A DNA stretch of 64,000 bases from Azolla caroliniana. Taxonomy: Eukaryota; Plantae; Polypodiophyta. The notes beneath the pieces are model-generated. The model was not told the DNA's origin and ran no database searches. It saw nothing but the letters and a program-made list of their open reading frames with translations. Shown here in pieces: positions 13,001 through 26,700 of this stretch. The number at the start of each line of letters is the position of its first letter. The first letter of the stretch is position 1. The position numbers were made by a program, and so were the translations under genes. The DNA is taken from assembly GCA_043228905.1 (NCBI GenBank), contig JBHGNT010000004.1, positions 6,386,001 through 6,450,000 of the forward strand, read 5' to 3'.

Positions 13001-15540
13001 CGAGTCGTCAATGAAACTGACGAAGTACGATGCACCACCAAGACACTGATGTGGCATCGGGCCATAGACGTCCGAGTGGACCAAATCGAGTGGGCTCGAT
13101 TCTCTTGGTGCTGTTGTCGGGTGTGATGCGGCTACCTATTTGTCGTACTGGCAATGCTCGCAGAACTGGTGATCCGAGAATGAGAGCTTGGGGATGTAAC
13201 CGGCTCTAGATAGGTGCGTTATGCCAGCCTTGCTGAGGTGTCCAAGTCGTCCGTGCCATAACAATGACACGGGGATATCAACCAAAAATAAGTCACCCTC
13301 TCTGAGTGTGACATATAAGGGGTACAAAGAGTGTACCTTTGGTCCTCGAGTAAGCAAGAGGTTCCCTTTGTGGAGTGTCCACCCTCCTGATGAGAACCCG
13401 GCACAGATGCCGGCTTTGTCAAGTTGTCCGACTGAGATCAAGGGTCTTGAAAGCTCAGGAACGTGTCTAACGTTGTGTAGTACGAGTGTAGAGTTGCCCA
13501 GAAGGTTGAGCTCTATGGTGCGGATTCCGATTATAGCAGAGTGCTGCGAGTTTCCAACTCAACTGAGTCGGAGTGCCGGTCCGAGTATTTCCGAAATTGA
13601 GATCGGTGAGGTGTCACATGGTACGATGCGCCCGAGTCCAAGAGCCATGTGCTTGATTCCTCAGTTGTAAGCAGAACTTCTGATTCGACTGGGTTCTCTA
13701 TGGACAAAATTTCGGCTGAAGAGCCGATGTAGTTGACCTGCTCATGCCAGCTACTCTTCTGATCCTCTCTCTGAGCTTTGTCGGTTTTTGCTTTGAGTGC
13801 CCGGCAGTCGGCTTTTATGTGTCCCAGTTTCTTGTAGTAGTTGCAGATTCAGTTGTCCCAGGACTTGCTCCAACTTCGCTGATTGTTCGGCGGTCAGGAA
13901 GAACTTCTTCCCCGGTTGTTCGAACGGTCGGTCGAACCTTGTACTATGTAAGCTTCATCTGTCGGGTATTTGGCAAAAGACTTTCTCCGAGCTGCTTCAG
14001 TCAGGATTGCGCTCATGACTTCGGAGTACTTAACGGCAGTCGTTGAAGCATTGCACACGGTTGTAACGAAAGTTTCCCATGAAGAGGGGAGGCTACTCAT
14101 GAGTATCATTGCTTTGAGTTCATCCTCGATTGTCGTCCCCTGAGACGAGATTTGGGAGCTTATGCTTTTGTACTCGTTGAGGTGTGCCTGAACCGAATCG
14201 GATTCTTTCATCCGCAAGTTGTAGAGGGGCCGGATCAGATACATCTTCATTGTGGCGGCCTTCTTTTCATAAGTTTCCGACAGTGTTTTCCAAAGTTCAA
14301 AAGTTGTCTTGCATGATTGCACTGTGAAGTACACTAACTCCGATAAGTGCATCTGAATCGTGGCACGAACGATTCTGTCCAGCTTTAGCCACTTGTTTGC
14401 CTTGTATGCTTCTGGAGGATTTTCATTCTCAATCGGGTCTATCTGACCCTTGACTATGAGATAGTCCTGCATTTGTTCCTTCTAGAAGTTGAAGTTTGAA
14501 CCGTCGAACCTCCTGAGACTCATCTCCGATGAGCCAGATGTTGATGCCATCTGCTTCGGTTTCAGTTGGTAAGACTCGGTTCGGAGTTAACTACGAACCT
14601 TAGTGAGGTGCAGCCGGTTGGCTCACCCGATATCGTTCTGGTCGGTTTTGAACCCGAGTTAGTTTGGTTTCGAATACTTATTGTTGAACTTACTCAGAGT
14701 GACTCCAGTAACTTGAGGGGCAGAACCAGCTGGTCTTCCTGAATATTGCCGAGTCAAAGTGAGCCCGGTTAGCTTCCGATTGTATGCCGAATAACGATTA
14801 CAAGAAACTGATTGTTTGGGCCGATTCTGCTTTGGATGACTGCAGCGATGAGAGGGACGGATCCAACTGATCCTCCCGAATGTCGATCAGCCGAGTGAAG
14901 CACGAATTTGGTTGTTGCCTGGAGACCAATCTACAACAGGTGGTTACACCAAGCGGGTGAATAACGTTTGGTGACCTATTCGGATGTTGTTTAACTGAAT
15001 GAAGCACGATTGGGTCGGTTGTTGCTCAAGGAGCTCCCCTCAAGCGGTTACAATCACAGGAATAGAGTGTCGCCGACTGGCTTACTCCAATTTGTGATTT
15101 AACACAGTCAGATGCGAGCTTTTTGTTTTTCTTCTCCCTTCTTTGTTCTTCAAAGAAAACGAAAACGGAATGTTGTGTGGTGTACTATGACGGCCGGCAG
15201 CAGGTTGAAGAACCTTCAATGCTTTGATACCAAATGTTGACGACAAGGCCGTCAATGCGGAAGTGCAAGCAACATTCGTGATGAAGAAGAACCTATGTAT
15301 GTGCATATGCAAGATAGACACACACACACACACACACACAAATAGGCACAAAGAAAACGTTATATTCCAATAGCAACAGTTACAAAGAATGACAACCGAC
15401 CTTTTCTAAAGGTTACAAAGTCACTTTATATAATGACTATCCTAGGGCAACTACCCTTTATGCTATTTACAGAAATAGCCCAAGCTTGGGCTGTCGAAAG
15501 GGACGGTGTGAATACGGCCATTATACACTCGTATTCGACA
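10041..15540 (-). mobile_element. Full-length Ty1/Copia element (family D), decayed
   Basis: LTRs 10041-10346 and 15235-15540. Perfect TSD ctttg (10036-10040 / 15541-15545). PBS tggtatcaaagc (plus 15221-15232). PPT next to 10347. Confidence 0.95.
10590..14550 (-). pseudogene. Copia gag-pol, fragmented (3' end approximate)
   Basis: ORFs 13894-14472 (gag), 13136-13441 (LWHGRLGH), 12059-13084 (integrase), 11502-11741 (YVDDML), 10842-11093 (DSDFAG). Confidence 0.9.
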
Positions 15541-15545
15541 CTTTG

Positions 15546-18500
15546 GACACACCTTGGACGTCTAGAGGAGATTTTTAAGGTATCTGGCATACTTTTTTTA
15601 GTAGAAACACATCAAAGTCCAAATCGAGGACTGCCACAAATTGACGGTTTTCGTTGGGAATTTGTCTTTAGACAAACCTCACGTCAACACACTACTAGAG
15701 GGTCTGGAGGGGTTGCGATACCATTTCGGAGAGAGATACATAATAGGATAGAAATACTAAAGAAAGACCTAGAAGCCCATTTTATGTGGGTGAAAGTCCT
15801 CACTAGCAAGGATCAGGCGATATTATGGTCGTTTGGTACTTCCCCCCGAAAGAATCCCGATATAATATGGCTGGAGAGGCGAGTATAGTTGATGAAGGAA
15901 CACCACATGGGCCTTCTCCATATGAACCTTTATCAGATGACATAATCCGATATTTTTCTCAAGGGGAAGTCTTTCTTGTAGGAGATTTCAATGCGAGAAC
16001 TCAATCCCGAGAATGCACAATATTTCATATGGATAGAAACCTAGAAATGGTGAATATCAACCCTTTAGCCTTAGACATAACACATACATCAAAGGATCAA
16101 GGTGCGGACGCCACAAGCTTTGGTCATCATCTGCTTGAACTTGGAGGCCGACACCAGATGATCATATATAATGGCTTAGCCAAGTGATCGGGCTCGGAAG
16201 AGCTCACATGTTTCCCACATGAAGGAGGGGAAAGCACAGTTGATTACCTAATAGGACTCCTTGAAGCTACCCACATGGTTAACTCCTTCTGGGTGGCCCC
16301 ATGCCCCATTGGTGCAAACCATAGCTTCCTATACTTTGAGCTAAAATGTGACACCTCCCACGCCACCAACTATAGTCAACCAAACCATCACACCATAATA
16401 CATTTCACACATGAGCTCGCTGACATCTACTCCCGACAAGTTCAAGCCCATCTCTCCTTTTGATTCTTCCTTGCCTTTAGAGAACCTCACTACAAAACTC
16501 ACACACATCCTTCACTCAGAAGCAATTAGTAGCTTCCCATACACGAAACACTCCAATCATAGTAGAATAGTGTCTATGTCACAGAACAAGTGGTATGATG
16601 AGGATTGTAGAGAGTTGTATAGACAACTTAAAGTGTCGCGACTTAGTGGTACTATTTCCTCAGTACAAGCTCGCAAAGAGATGTGCAAGATGACACATCG
16701 TAAAAGACGAGCTTGGGAAGCATCTCAATATTGGGAACTCTACCATATGCTCATGAGTAGGGATTGTGCCCTTGCATGGAAGAGACTACGGGAACCGTGA
16801 CCACAAACACCCATCGAGGATCCCAATATTTGGCACACATATATCGAGTGACTCTACCATGTCCCGAACCATGGGGACACTTTTCACGACCTCTAGGGTC
16901 ACAAAGGTCATAAAAAAATTACAACATAGAAAATCCATGGACCACACAAGATTGCAAGTTGAGCACATCATATATGCTCGAGAGTGCCTAACCCCCTTTC
17001 TCACTCTAATCTTCAACCGCGCCCTCGCCGAGGGTTTTCCACCACAATGGACCATGAACACAATGGCCCCTACACATAAAGGAGGGGACCCAATGGACCC
17101 AAATACATATAGGACCATTATGATAGGTCATACGCTCGCTAAACTATACGGTGCAGTAATGGAAGCGGAGCTCAGCGATTATATGGAAACATTAAGTCTT
17201 CAAGCGATTATAGGTGCTTAATGGAGTAGACAAAGGCTCGTAAGAAGAAACTATATTGTTGTTTTGTGGACTGAAGCAAAACCTTTGACACAGTTCCTAG
17301 GAAGAGGTTGTTTGATAGACTTAAGAGCTTGGAGATACCAAATGACATTATCTGGGCCATTTATGCCCTATTTGAGCAAGTCTTTGGGTGCGTAAGATGC
17401 CCAAGTGGCCTATGTGATTGTTTCACTAGCACCATTGGTGTAAAACAAGGTTGCCCCCTATCACCGACTCTTTTTGGGATCTACATTGATGAGATCACTT
17501 ATTTGATTGCTCGTAAGGGAGGCAAGGGAGTAGTTATTAGGGATGCGCAAATTAGTTTCTTACTCTACACAGACGACATTGTCTTGCTCTCAGAGTCGGA
17601 ACACAACCTACAAAAGCATCTTAATGCCCTAGATGACTTTTGTACACAACGAGGACTAGTAGTGAATCTAGCTAAAACTAAAGCCCTTATCTTTCATACA
17701 TTGTCCCGAGTTAGGATTAAATGTCACCTAATCCTCTCTCATAAACTAGTTGAGGTAGTTGGATCATATGTATACTTGGGAGTCACTTGTAGTGCTCGCT
17801 CAGGTTAATTCTCGATTACCCAAGCAACCAAAGATAGGCTAATGAGAGGGTATGCATCCCTCTCACTCTTAGAGAGACAATGCCACCAGGCATACTTTCA
17901 AGAGCCACGGACTAACGGATGGCTCTTCAACTCATTAGTGACCCCTTCGCTCATGTATGCATCAGTAGTATAGGCTCCAGGTCTACCATCTATCATGTGG
18001 ACGCAATTAGAGAGACCTTTGGCGATGATGTTATCACGTCAACTCCGAAGCAAATCGATAGTACCACATGACATTATTAGAGCAGAGTTCAGTCTGCCCC
18101 TAATGTTAGTAGAAGCACTTTTTGAAGTGGTAGTTTTTATTCATCGGATACATAGACAACCACAAGATAGGATATCCCGCCGAGCCTTTGAGGTGTCCCG
18201 ATCCCTACATGCATTTGGAGACACTAGCTCTTGGTATAGCACTATGATGAGTTGGTTACATGCAAACGGCATAGACATTAATAACCTACCTCCCCTTAAG
18301 TACAACCATGGGACTGATCAAACTCTAATCTCTTGTGAAGACCATAATAAAGTGATACGCCAAGAAATATGGCAAATTTACACTCAATATAAATGGATCA
18401 CCCCACGAGAGCCACTCCCATCTAAAATGTTGTACTATAAGGAACACTTCTTGCACTTCTCTAAGTTAGGTTTTATTACAAGACCAAGATATCTAGATAC

Positions 18501-18719
18501 ATTCTTATCAAATGCACTAAGGGTGGCCATTGGACAACTTAGGATATCATCTCACCAACTTGAGATTGAGAATGGTCGGGCTAATAGAGTTCCTAGAGAG
18601 GAAAGGCTATGTAGGTTATGCCACATAGAGATAGAGGATGAGTATCACTTCACATGCAAGTGCCCAACTTATGCCGAGATACAGGCGGAATACCAAGACA
18701 TATTAGGACCCTCTCCCAC
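15546..18719 (+). pseudogene. LINE ORF2 (APE endonuclease, RT, C-terminal Cys/His domain), decayed
   Basis: FLVETH, LVGDFNART, GVKQGCPLSPTLF, LLYTDDIVL, YVYLGV, LRISSHQLEIENGR...RLCRLCHIEIEDEYHFTCKCP. Confidence 0.9.
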
Positions 18720-20220
18720 TGTTAGAGACATGAACTAATGTAAGCATAAAATAAGGATAAAAGATAGATCTAGATAGAAAGGAGAGAGAGAAAGAAGGGT
18801 GTCGATCCACCCGACCACCCCCAAGCGAAGGGATCAAGATGGACTCGAGCCTCGATCGGCGTCCCATACCACCATCGTGGCGTCGAGTCGTACCTGGTGC
18901 TGGTGTGCTCGCTACAAGAGTTGACCCACCACAAGAACAAAGTCTCAACGAAGTCAAAAGATGATGAAATGAGGGTAGCTAGGCCTCTTATTTATAGCGA
19001 TACCCAAGGCCCCCAGGCAAGTTCACACTTGGCCTAATGGGTTGTCTCAATCTCGAGGATTTAAAAGTAATCCTCCCCTTCTTTACACTCTCGTTTAACC
19101 CTCACACTTATCCATGTGTATAGAATACTACGGTAAATTCTCACCACGGGATATTATATGGTCATGCCCGTAACATACTCCCCCTCTTTAAAACATTGCA
19201 CTCTTGCAATGGAAAGTTAGGGAAGTTAGTTCTGAGAGAATTTTCCCATTCCCATGTGGCATCTTTTATTGATTTATCAATCCATTTTATTTTAAATTCT
19301 CGGATATTTTTAGTACGTAATTTTTTTGTTTTAACATCGAGAATTCTTTCTAGTACATGTGGTTTAGAAGATAATTCTTCAAAAGTAACCAGAGTTTCAG
19401 TTGTAACTGTATTGTCCCCAGAACCTAGAAATTCTTTTAGACGACTCACATGAAAAACTGGATGAATTCCAACACCATCGGGAAGAGCGAGACGATAGGC
19501 TGATGACCCAATGCGTTTGAGGACTATAAAAGGTCCACAAAACCGTGGGGCTAACTTAGCACACTTACCCCTAGAAAATGTCTTAGAATTGTGAGGTACA
19601 CGTAAAAATACCTTCTATCCAGGGTTGAATACATGAGGTTGCCTATGATAATCGGCATAAAAACGCACTCTTTCTTGAGTTGTTTTTATATTATCTCGTG
19701 CAATATGCAACATATCTTGCATATCCCGAAGAAAGTTTTGTGTACTTCGCAACTCATCATGATGTATATTAACATCAATCGGGGCTCGTGGCTGAAAACC
19801 ATACATCAACATAAAAGGATTATATCTCGTCGACGTATGCTTGGAGTTGTTATAAGCAAACTCCAAAATTGGGAGATAACGTTCCCATTTTGTTGGTTTT
19901 GCACCAACGTATGCTCGAAGCATGTCCTCAATAATTTGATTTACTCGTGTTGTTTGTCCATCGGATTGAGGATGATCTGTGGAACTCATGCTCAATGTAG
20001 TTTCTAACTTCTTGAAGACTTGCGTCCAAGAGTCACTAGTAAACTTTGGATCTCAAACACTCACGATATCCATCGGTAACCCATAAAAACAAAATAACTC
20101 GTCAACGAATTGGTAAGCCAATTCAGGAGTTGTTACCGTGGTTTTAGAATACTTATTCACGTGTATAGAATACTACGGTAAATTCTCACCACGGGATATT
20201 ATATGGTCATGCCCGTAACA
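18720..20220 (-). mobile_element. Ty3/Gypsy chromovirus, internally deleted (3' LTR, chromodomain, integrase core, ~70-bp stub of the 5' LTR)
   Basis: Perfect TSD cccac (18715-18719 / 20221-20225). LTR 18720-19175. Chromodomain [19 protein letters not shown]...ATWE. Integrase HPQSDGQT..VNQ..EDMLR. LTR stub 20151-20220. Confidence 0.9.
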
Positions 20221-23200
20221 CCCACCCTCACACATCCACGTGTATAGAATACTACAGTAAATTCTCACCACGGGATATTATATGTGTAAACGATTACTTG
20301 CGGAAGCATTAGAAAAAACAGAGAAATTAGGGAATACACAGAGTACCCGAGAGAGACTGAGAGAGCAGAACCTCAAAGCTATACTCAAAAATATATAAAA
20401 CACTCTGTACTTACAATTGTGCTCAGTAGCACTATTTATACAAGTCCTCATGGGACTGATAGAAGTACTGCGTACTTCAATGCTCACACGAGCTTCTTAC
20501 ACTTACTACGAGACTATAATTGCCTAGTAGTCTAAACTAATACTAGGATTCTGGTTACCGATTGGACCCGGCTAACCGGCTCCCCAACTCACCGGCTCTA
20601 TTGCTTGCCGACTTACCGATCCGTCTCGCTTGCCGGCTCAAGCTTATTCAACCGATCCGGCTCCAGTTGAGCTTGCCGCTCAACACTCCCCCTCAAGCTC
20701 AACTTGAGGTTGGATCTTGGTGTCAGTCTCTGTGGCAGTCGGTTCTTCCAACCAAATTCTCCTGGCGTCGCTCCGCCTTGCTCGCGCTCCTCGTCCGGTC
20801 CGGTTCTGTTTGGCGCGACCCTTCTAGTTCTGCGCGCCTCGACCTTCTCGGTTGGTATGTTTGCTCAATAGGCCCCTCTCAGCTCTTTCGTTGTTATGAC
20901 TCTGGCGCTTGCCGATCCGTCGGTTCCTCCGCGATGGCATCGACTTCCGCTGCATCCGTGTCTGCTTAGCCTTGAATTGATCTCGTTCTTCCGAATTTGT
21001 CTTTTGAACCGAATCGACTGTCTCCGATTCGTTCCAGCTCTTGTCCAAATCGGTTGCTCCCGATTCATCTTCTGGTTCCAAGCCCTTCACCACATCGGAC
21101 CATGTTCGGGTCTTGGCCTTCTTCCTTCGGTCGGCTCTGTCCTTCTCGACTCTGCCGCCTTCTAATCTTCCCTCACCGGCGCAATCGGCAGTCTCTTTGC
21201 CTTTCCCCGTTCTGGTGTCTTTGCCCGTTCTCCCCCTTAAATTTGGCACGTCGAGATGTTGAACACCAAGTATTTCGGTAAAGTGCTACAACTTGTCCGA
21301 TCCAAGCGGCTTGGTGAAGATGTCGGCTACTTGCCGATCCGTGTGAACATACCGTAGTTCAAATTCACCGCTCAGGACCCGCTCACGCACAAAGTGATAA
21401 TGCACTTCTATGTGCTTCGTGCGAGCATGGAACACAGGGTTCTTGGTAAGCTGCATGCTGCTTATGTTGTTGCAGTAGACCAGAATCGGGGTCGGTACCT
21501 TGATCCGTAAGTCTTGCAACAGTTGCCGAAGCCAGATGGCTTCACAAGTGGCAATGGTAGCGCCCCGATACTCAGCCTCAGTGCTCGACATAGCAACTGT
21601 TGGCTAATTTTTGTTGCTCCATGGAACAGTCGCGCTACCTAAAGAAAACATGTAACCGGAGGTTGATCGGCGATCTGGTGCATCGCCGGCCCAATCGGCA
21701 TCCGTGTAACCGACGAGCTCTTCGGGTATACCACACAGGTATAACAGGCCCCGGTCCTTCGTGCCGCTAACATACCGCAATATCCTTTCCACGCACTGAA
21801 GGTGCTCCACGGTCAGCTTCTGCATGAACTGACTTATCATTCCAACCAGATAACTGATGTCAGGTCTTGTGATAGTCAAGTAAATAAGGCTTCCGACAAT
21901 CTGTCAGAACCGTTGCTCGTTGCAGGCCGGTCCGGAGTTGGGACGAAGCTTCTGATTCTGGTCCAAGGGTGTGGAGACATGTCGGCATTCTGTCATGCCG
22001 AACTTGTACAACATATTCAAGACGTAATGTCGTTGTGAGAGCAATATACCATCCGGGGTTCGGATCACCTCGATCCCTAGAAAATAATGAAGGTCCCCCA
22101 GATCCTTCATCTCAAATGCGTCCCACAACTGGGACTTGATGTGGTTGATTTCTCGAACTCCTGGTCCGATGATAACTAGATCATCAACATACAGCAGTAT
22201 ACATACCGGACCGGCTGAGCCTTGCCGGATGAACAATGAAGAGTCTGATTTGGAGGCCACAAACCCCATCTTACACAACCGGTGAGTGATCTTCACATTC
22301 CAAGCTCGAGGGGCTTGCTTCAGGCCATACAACGACTTCTTCAGCCGGCATACCGCCGACTTGTTCATCTCCGATTCAAAGCCAGGCGGCTGAGTCATAA
22401 AGACTTCTTCTTCAAGATCACCCTGAAGAAACACATTCTCCACATCCATCTGGTGAAGATGCCACCTCCTTGTTGCAGCAACCGCCAGCACCACACGAAC
22501 TGTCGTCATCTTCGCTACTGGAGTGAAGGTCTCGTCGTAGTCGATTCCATGGGTCTGCGCGTATCCCTTCGCCACTAACCGGGCTTTATACCGATTAAGA
22601 AAACCGCCGTCATTGTACTTTACCTTGTATAACCACTTGCATCCGATCGGTTTACAGTGACGAGGAGGGTCAACCAGGTCCCATGTCTTGTTGACATCAA
22701 GTGCCCACATTTTTTCTTCCATAGCGTCACGCCAATTTGCGTCCTTGGCTGCTTCTGCGTAGCTCTCCGGCTCACGCACTTCCGCCACCTTAGTCATGTA
22801 CGCATAGTGATGCGCCATGTACTCATTGTACCCGTACCGCTTGACGGGATCCTTCTGGCAGGTGAACCGATGTAACTCAATGTTACCCAGTTTGAGACCC
22901 TTCTTGGCCGGTTTGGTCTTCGTTGCCGAAGATCCTCCTTTCTCCTTGCCGGAGTTGGATGCACACTGATCCGACTCATCGTTGCCGGTTTCGAATTTCG
23001 GCATCTTCTTCTTCCCCTTCTCTTTGCGCGTTGTCGAGGTATTCCTCGACGATGCGTGGAATGAGGCGGGACCTCGGGGGTCTTGTACCGAAGAGCAAGA
23101 GAGAAAGTAGAAGGGAACCCACTACCTGCGAGCGTAGATTCGCAGGGACACGGCCCTTCGACACAAAGACGCGAGTGGGACAGCGACACAGATAGACACG

Positions 23201-23740
23201 AATGTATGTATGTATTAACAAAGACAAACAACAAGAACACGAAGTCGGTTACAACCGAACAGGCCGGCGAACAGATGCCGATGCATGTTCGTAAACGCAC
23301 AGAAAGAAAGGAGTAGGTTGGAGGTGCTGCCGGAAGCACTCGGGCATTCCTCAGAGCAGCGCGAGCCTCCCGAAACCTGCGCAGAAAGAAGCTATGGAGT
23401 TTGGAAGAGAGAGAAGCCTTCGGCCCACAATCCGACAGCACTTCGTCCTCTCTTACTTCGCGATCCCTTCCTCCTCCTCGTCTCCCTCCTTTTATAGGCA
23501 AGAAAGGAGCCGTTTCCCCTTTACTTCCTACCCACTAAATCTACCTACCTAGGATCTTCTATGTACCTAATTCTCCCTTATGTACAATATAAGGCGTATG
23601 GGCATGAAGAGCCGGTTCCTACGCCCCGGTCTACCGATTCCGCTCGTGGACGGTTTTCTTCACAACATCCGCCCCCACCTAACCGCGCATCCTCCGGCAT
23701 GCGCCAAATTGAGTTGGGACAGAGAAAACCGGTCCAGCCT

Positions 23741-26700
23741 TCATTCCCCGTCCGTCGGTTCTTCCTCGGTTTCGGATCGTTCGTCGTTCCGGTCCAGGTT
23801 AACCGGATCCGGCTCGTCGTCGTGACGCTTCTTGAACGCTTTGATCCGCTTCCCAGCTACCGGTATCGCCATTTTCGTGTCGTCGAGTTCCGCCAGATGG
23901 TACGTCCCGTTGTCGTTGGCGTTTTGTACCACGTAAGGCCCGAACCACCTTCTTGCGAACTTCCGTGTTGCTCGGTGCTGGTTGTCGAGGTTGCTGTCGT
24001 AGACTAGCACCCAGTCGCCTTCCTCGATCTTCTTCGATCGGGGCCGGTGCGTTTGGTCGAACCGGGCTTTGTTCCTCATCCTTGCTTCCCGAAGCTTTCC
24101 CGCAGCCTGCTCCACGTCCTCCGGTTTTCGCTCGAGCTGTCGTATACGCGCTGTCAACAGTTCCTCCCGGCTCATCTCGTCTCTCCAGTCCATGGTTGCC
24201 CACGAGGATATCGTACGTTCCATCGGCATGACCGGCTTCTGCCCAAACATGAGCTCTGCCGGCATGAATCCGGTTACCGAACTGTGCGTAGTTCGGTCAG
24301 CCCACAACGCGTAAGGCAGCAGCCGCGGCCAGTTCCCGACTTGCCCCCCGCATGCCCGAACTAACGCCTTGACGATCGGTCCGTGTCCGCACTCCACCTT
24401 CCCATTCGCCTCCAGATTGTACGCAGTGGTAAGCGAGAGCTTGACTCCTAGCCGGTCGAACAGCTCCTCGGCCTCTTCGGCGTCCAACTCCCCGCGATCA
24501 GCCACGATCTTCCCGACGCACCCGTACCGGCATATCACGTCCTCGATCAGGAACCGACATACGGCCGCGGTCGTTTTGTTCTGAAGGGCCCGGCCTTCCA
24601 CCTGGTTCGTCAGATCTTCCCAAGCCAGGACCAGATACCGCATCTGTCCTACTCCCTTCGGCGTCGTCACCAGGTCTACCATCCATTTGAAGTGGATGGT
24701 CGGAGGGTACGTAGGGTGAAGCCCGTCCCGATGTCGGACTATGGAGTGCATCTGACAGCTCTCGCAAGTTGTCACGAACCGATGCACGTCCCGGTACAGT
24801 CCCGGCCACCAGTACTTCCCCTTTATCTTCTCGAATGTGGCCCACGTTCCACGGTGACCAGCCCAAGGGCTGTCATGGTAAGCCGTCAGCAGCTCCTCCT
24901 GTTCTTCCTTCATCGCCACTACCCGGAGCGGGACGCCGTTCCTCTTCTTCGGGTGCTTCCATAAGTATCCGTCCCGGAGAAAGAATGGGTAAGCTTTCTT
25001 CCGGATCCGGTTGGCCTCGTCCTTCGTCCATGACGCATCCGGCGTCATTGTCCTCAAAAATCCACCGATTTGGAGCCACTCGCCGTCGTACTTGCTCTCG
25101 TCAAAGTCGTTAAGTGCCGGAGTGCTCATCCCATCAGTCGTCACGTACGCCGCCTCGAAGAAGTCCACGCCGACTTCTTCGTCCTCCGAAACCATGCCGC
25201 CCTCGTCATCAAACCTCGCCCTCGAAAGCATGTCGGCCATGGCGTTGTCCTTTCCGGAAATGTGTCGTATTTCCGGGTCCAGGGACTTGATGTACGCTAT
25301 CCACCTGAGCATCGCCAGGTCCGGTGTCGCGCATCCGGAAACCATGCCGAGAATTGGCAGGCAATCCGTCTCGATAACCACTCCTTTCCCGATCAGGTAG
25401 TCTTTGTCGGCCTTTACTGCCGAAACGATACCCCAGAGTTCGCGCTTAACCTGGGTGTACCCTCGCTGACGCTCACTGAGGACCTTCGGATCGGGAACCG
25501 AATGCCGTCCTTGTCTTCTTGGTTGACGACCCATCCGATCCCGGTCGGGCTCGTATCCACCGTTATGTATACCGGGGTACCCTTCTCGTAGACAGCCTTC
25601 CGGAGCGCCGGTGCTGCCACAAGAGCTTCCTTCAGCTTCCGGACCGACTCGTGTGCTCGTCTCGCCACTCGACTTTTCGCCCCTTCTTCAGCAACCCGTA
25701 TAGCGGTTCCGCAACGTGGGCGTAATGCGGGATCCATATGTGGTAGAACGCGCATGCCCCCAGGAACCTCCGAACTTCCCTAACCGAGCTACAGTCGGCC
25801 TTCATCGCGGAGATGGCTTCTACCTTTGCCGGAGACGGCTTCCGGCCATACGGTCCACACAGGTGTCCGACCACCAGGATTTCTGATTGCCCGAAGGCCG
25901 ATTTCTCCCCGGAGAAGGTGAGCCTCGCATCCTCTAGCCTTTGTAGCACCTTCTCGCAGTCGTCGATGTGTGCTGCCACGAATCGCCGGCATCCGTCCGG
26001 CCCGAGTGTCTCGTCCTTCTCTTCCACCGGGCACCCCTTGATCAGGATGTCGTCTAGAAACGGCATGGTGATGTCCGGGATGCAATCCCTCAGTACCTTG
26101 TTCATTGCATTCACCATGTGGGCCACCGAGTTAGTCCCTCCTTGTGGCAGGGTACACATTCGCACTAGGCCGAGGGGAGTTCGCATCGTCGTAATGTCTC
26201 TGCTCTCCACGGCTAGCTGGAACTGGTCGTACCCCGAGTACAGATCATCGACCGAGTAAATCGACCTTCCGGCGAAGGCCTCCGCGAACTCGTCTATGGT
26301 CGGTCCGATTCCTGCGTTCCGAATGGTCACTCTGTTGACCAGTTGCAGGTCCTGAATGAAGCGCAATGTTCCGTTTTTCTTTGGTACGGTAAACCATCGG
26401 TTCGAGTATGGCGCGCTCGACGGTTCGAGAATACCCATATCGACTTTCTGCCTCAGTAGCTCCATCAACTCCGGGATGTGAGCTCTTGGTACCGGAATCA
26501 GCTTGAGATTCCACGGCACATGCGGTACCGTGAATATCACCATCGGCTCCACGATTGTCGGGTTTACGCACCCGATCTCTTCCGGCGAGAATGCGAAGGC
26601 TTTCCCATGCCTTCCGAGCATTCTCCGAAACCGGTCTTCCTCCTCCGGCAGTAGGAACCCGCCCCCACCGATCTTGAGCTCCCGGAGCGTCCCGTCGGTG

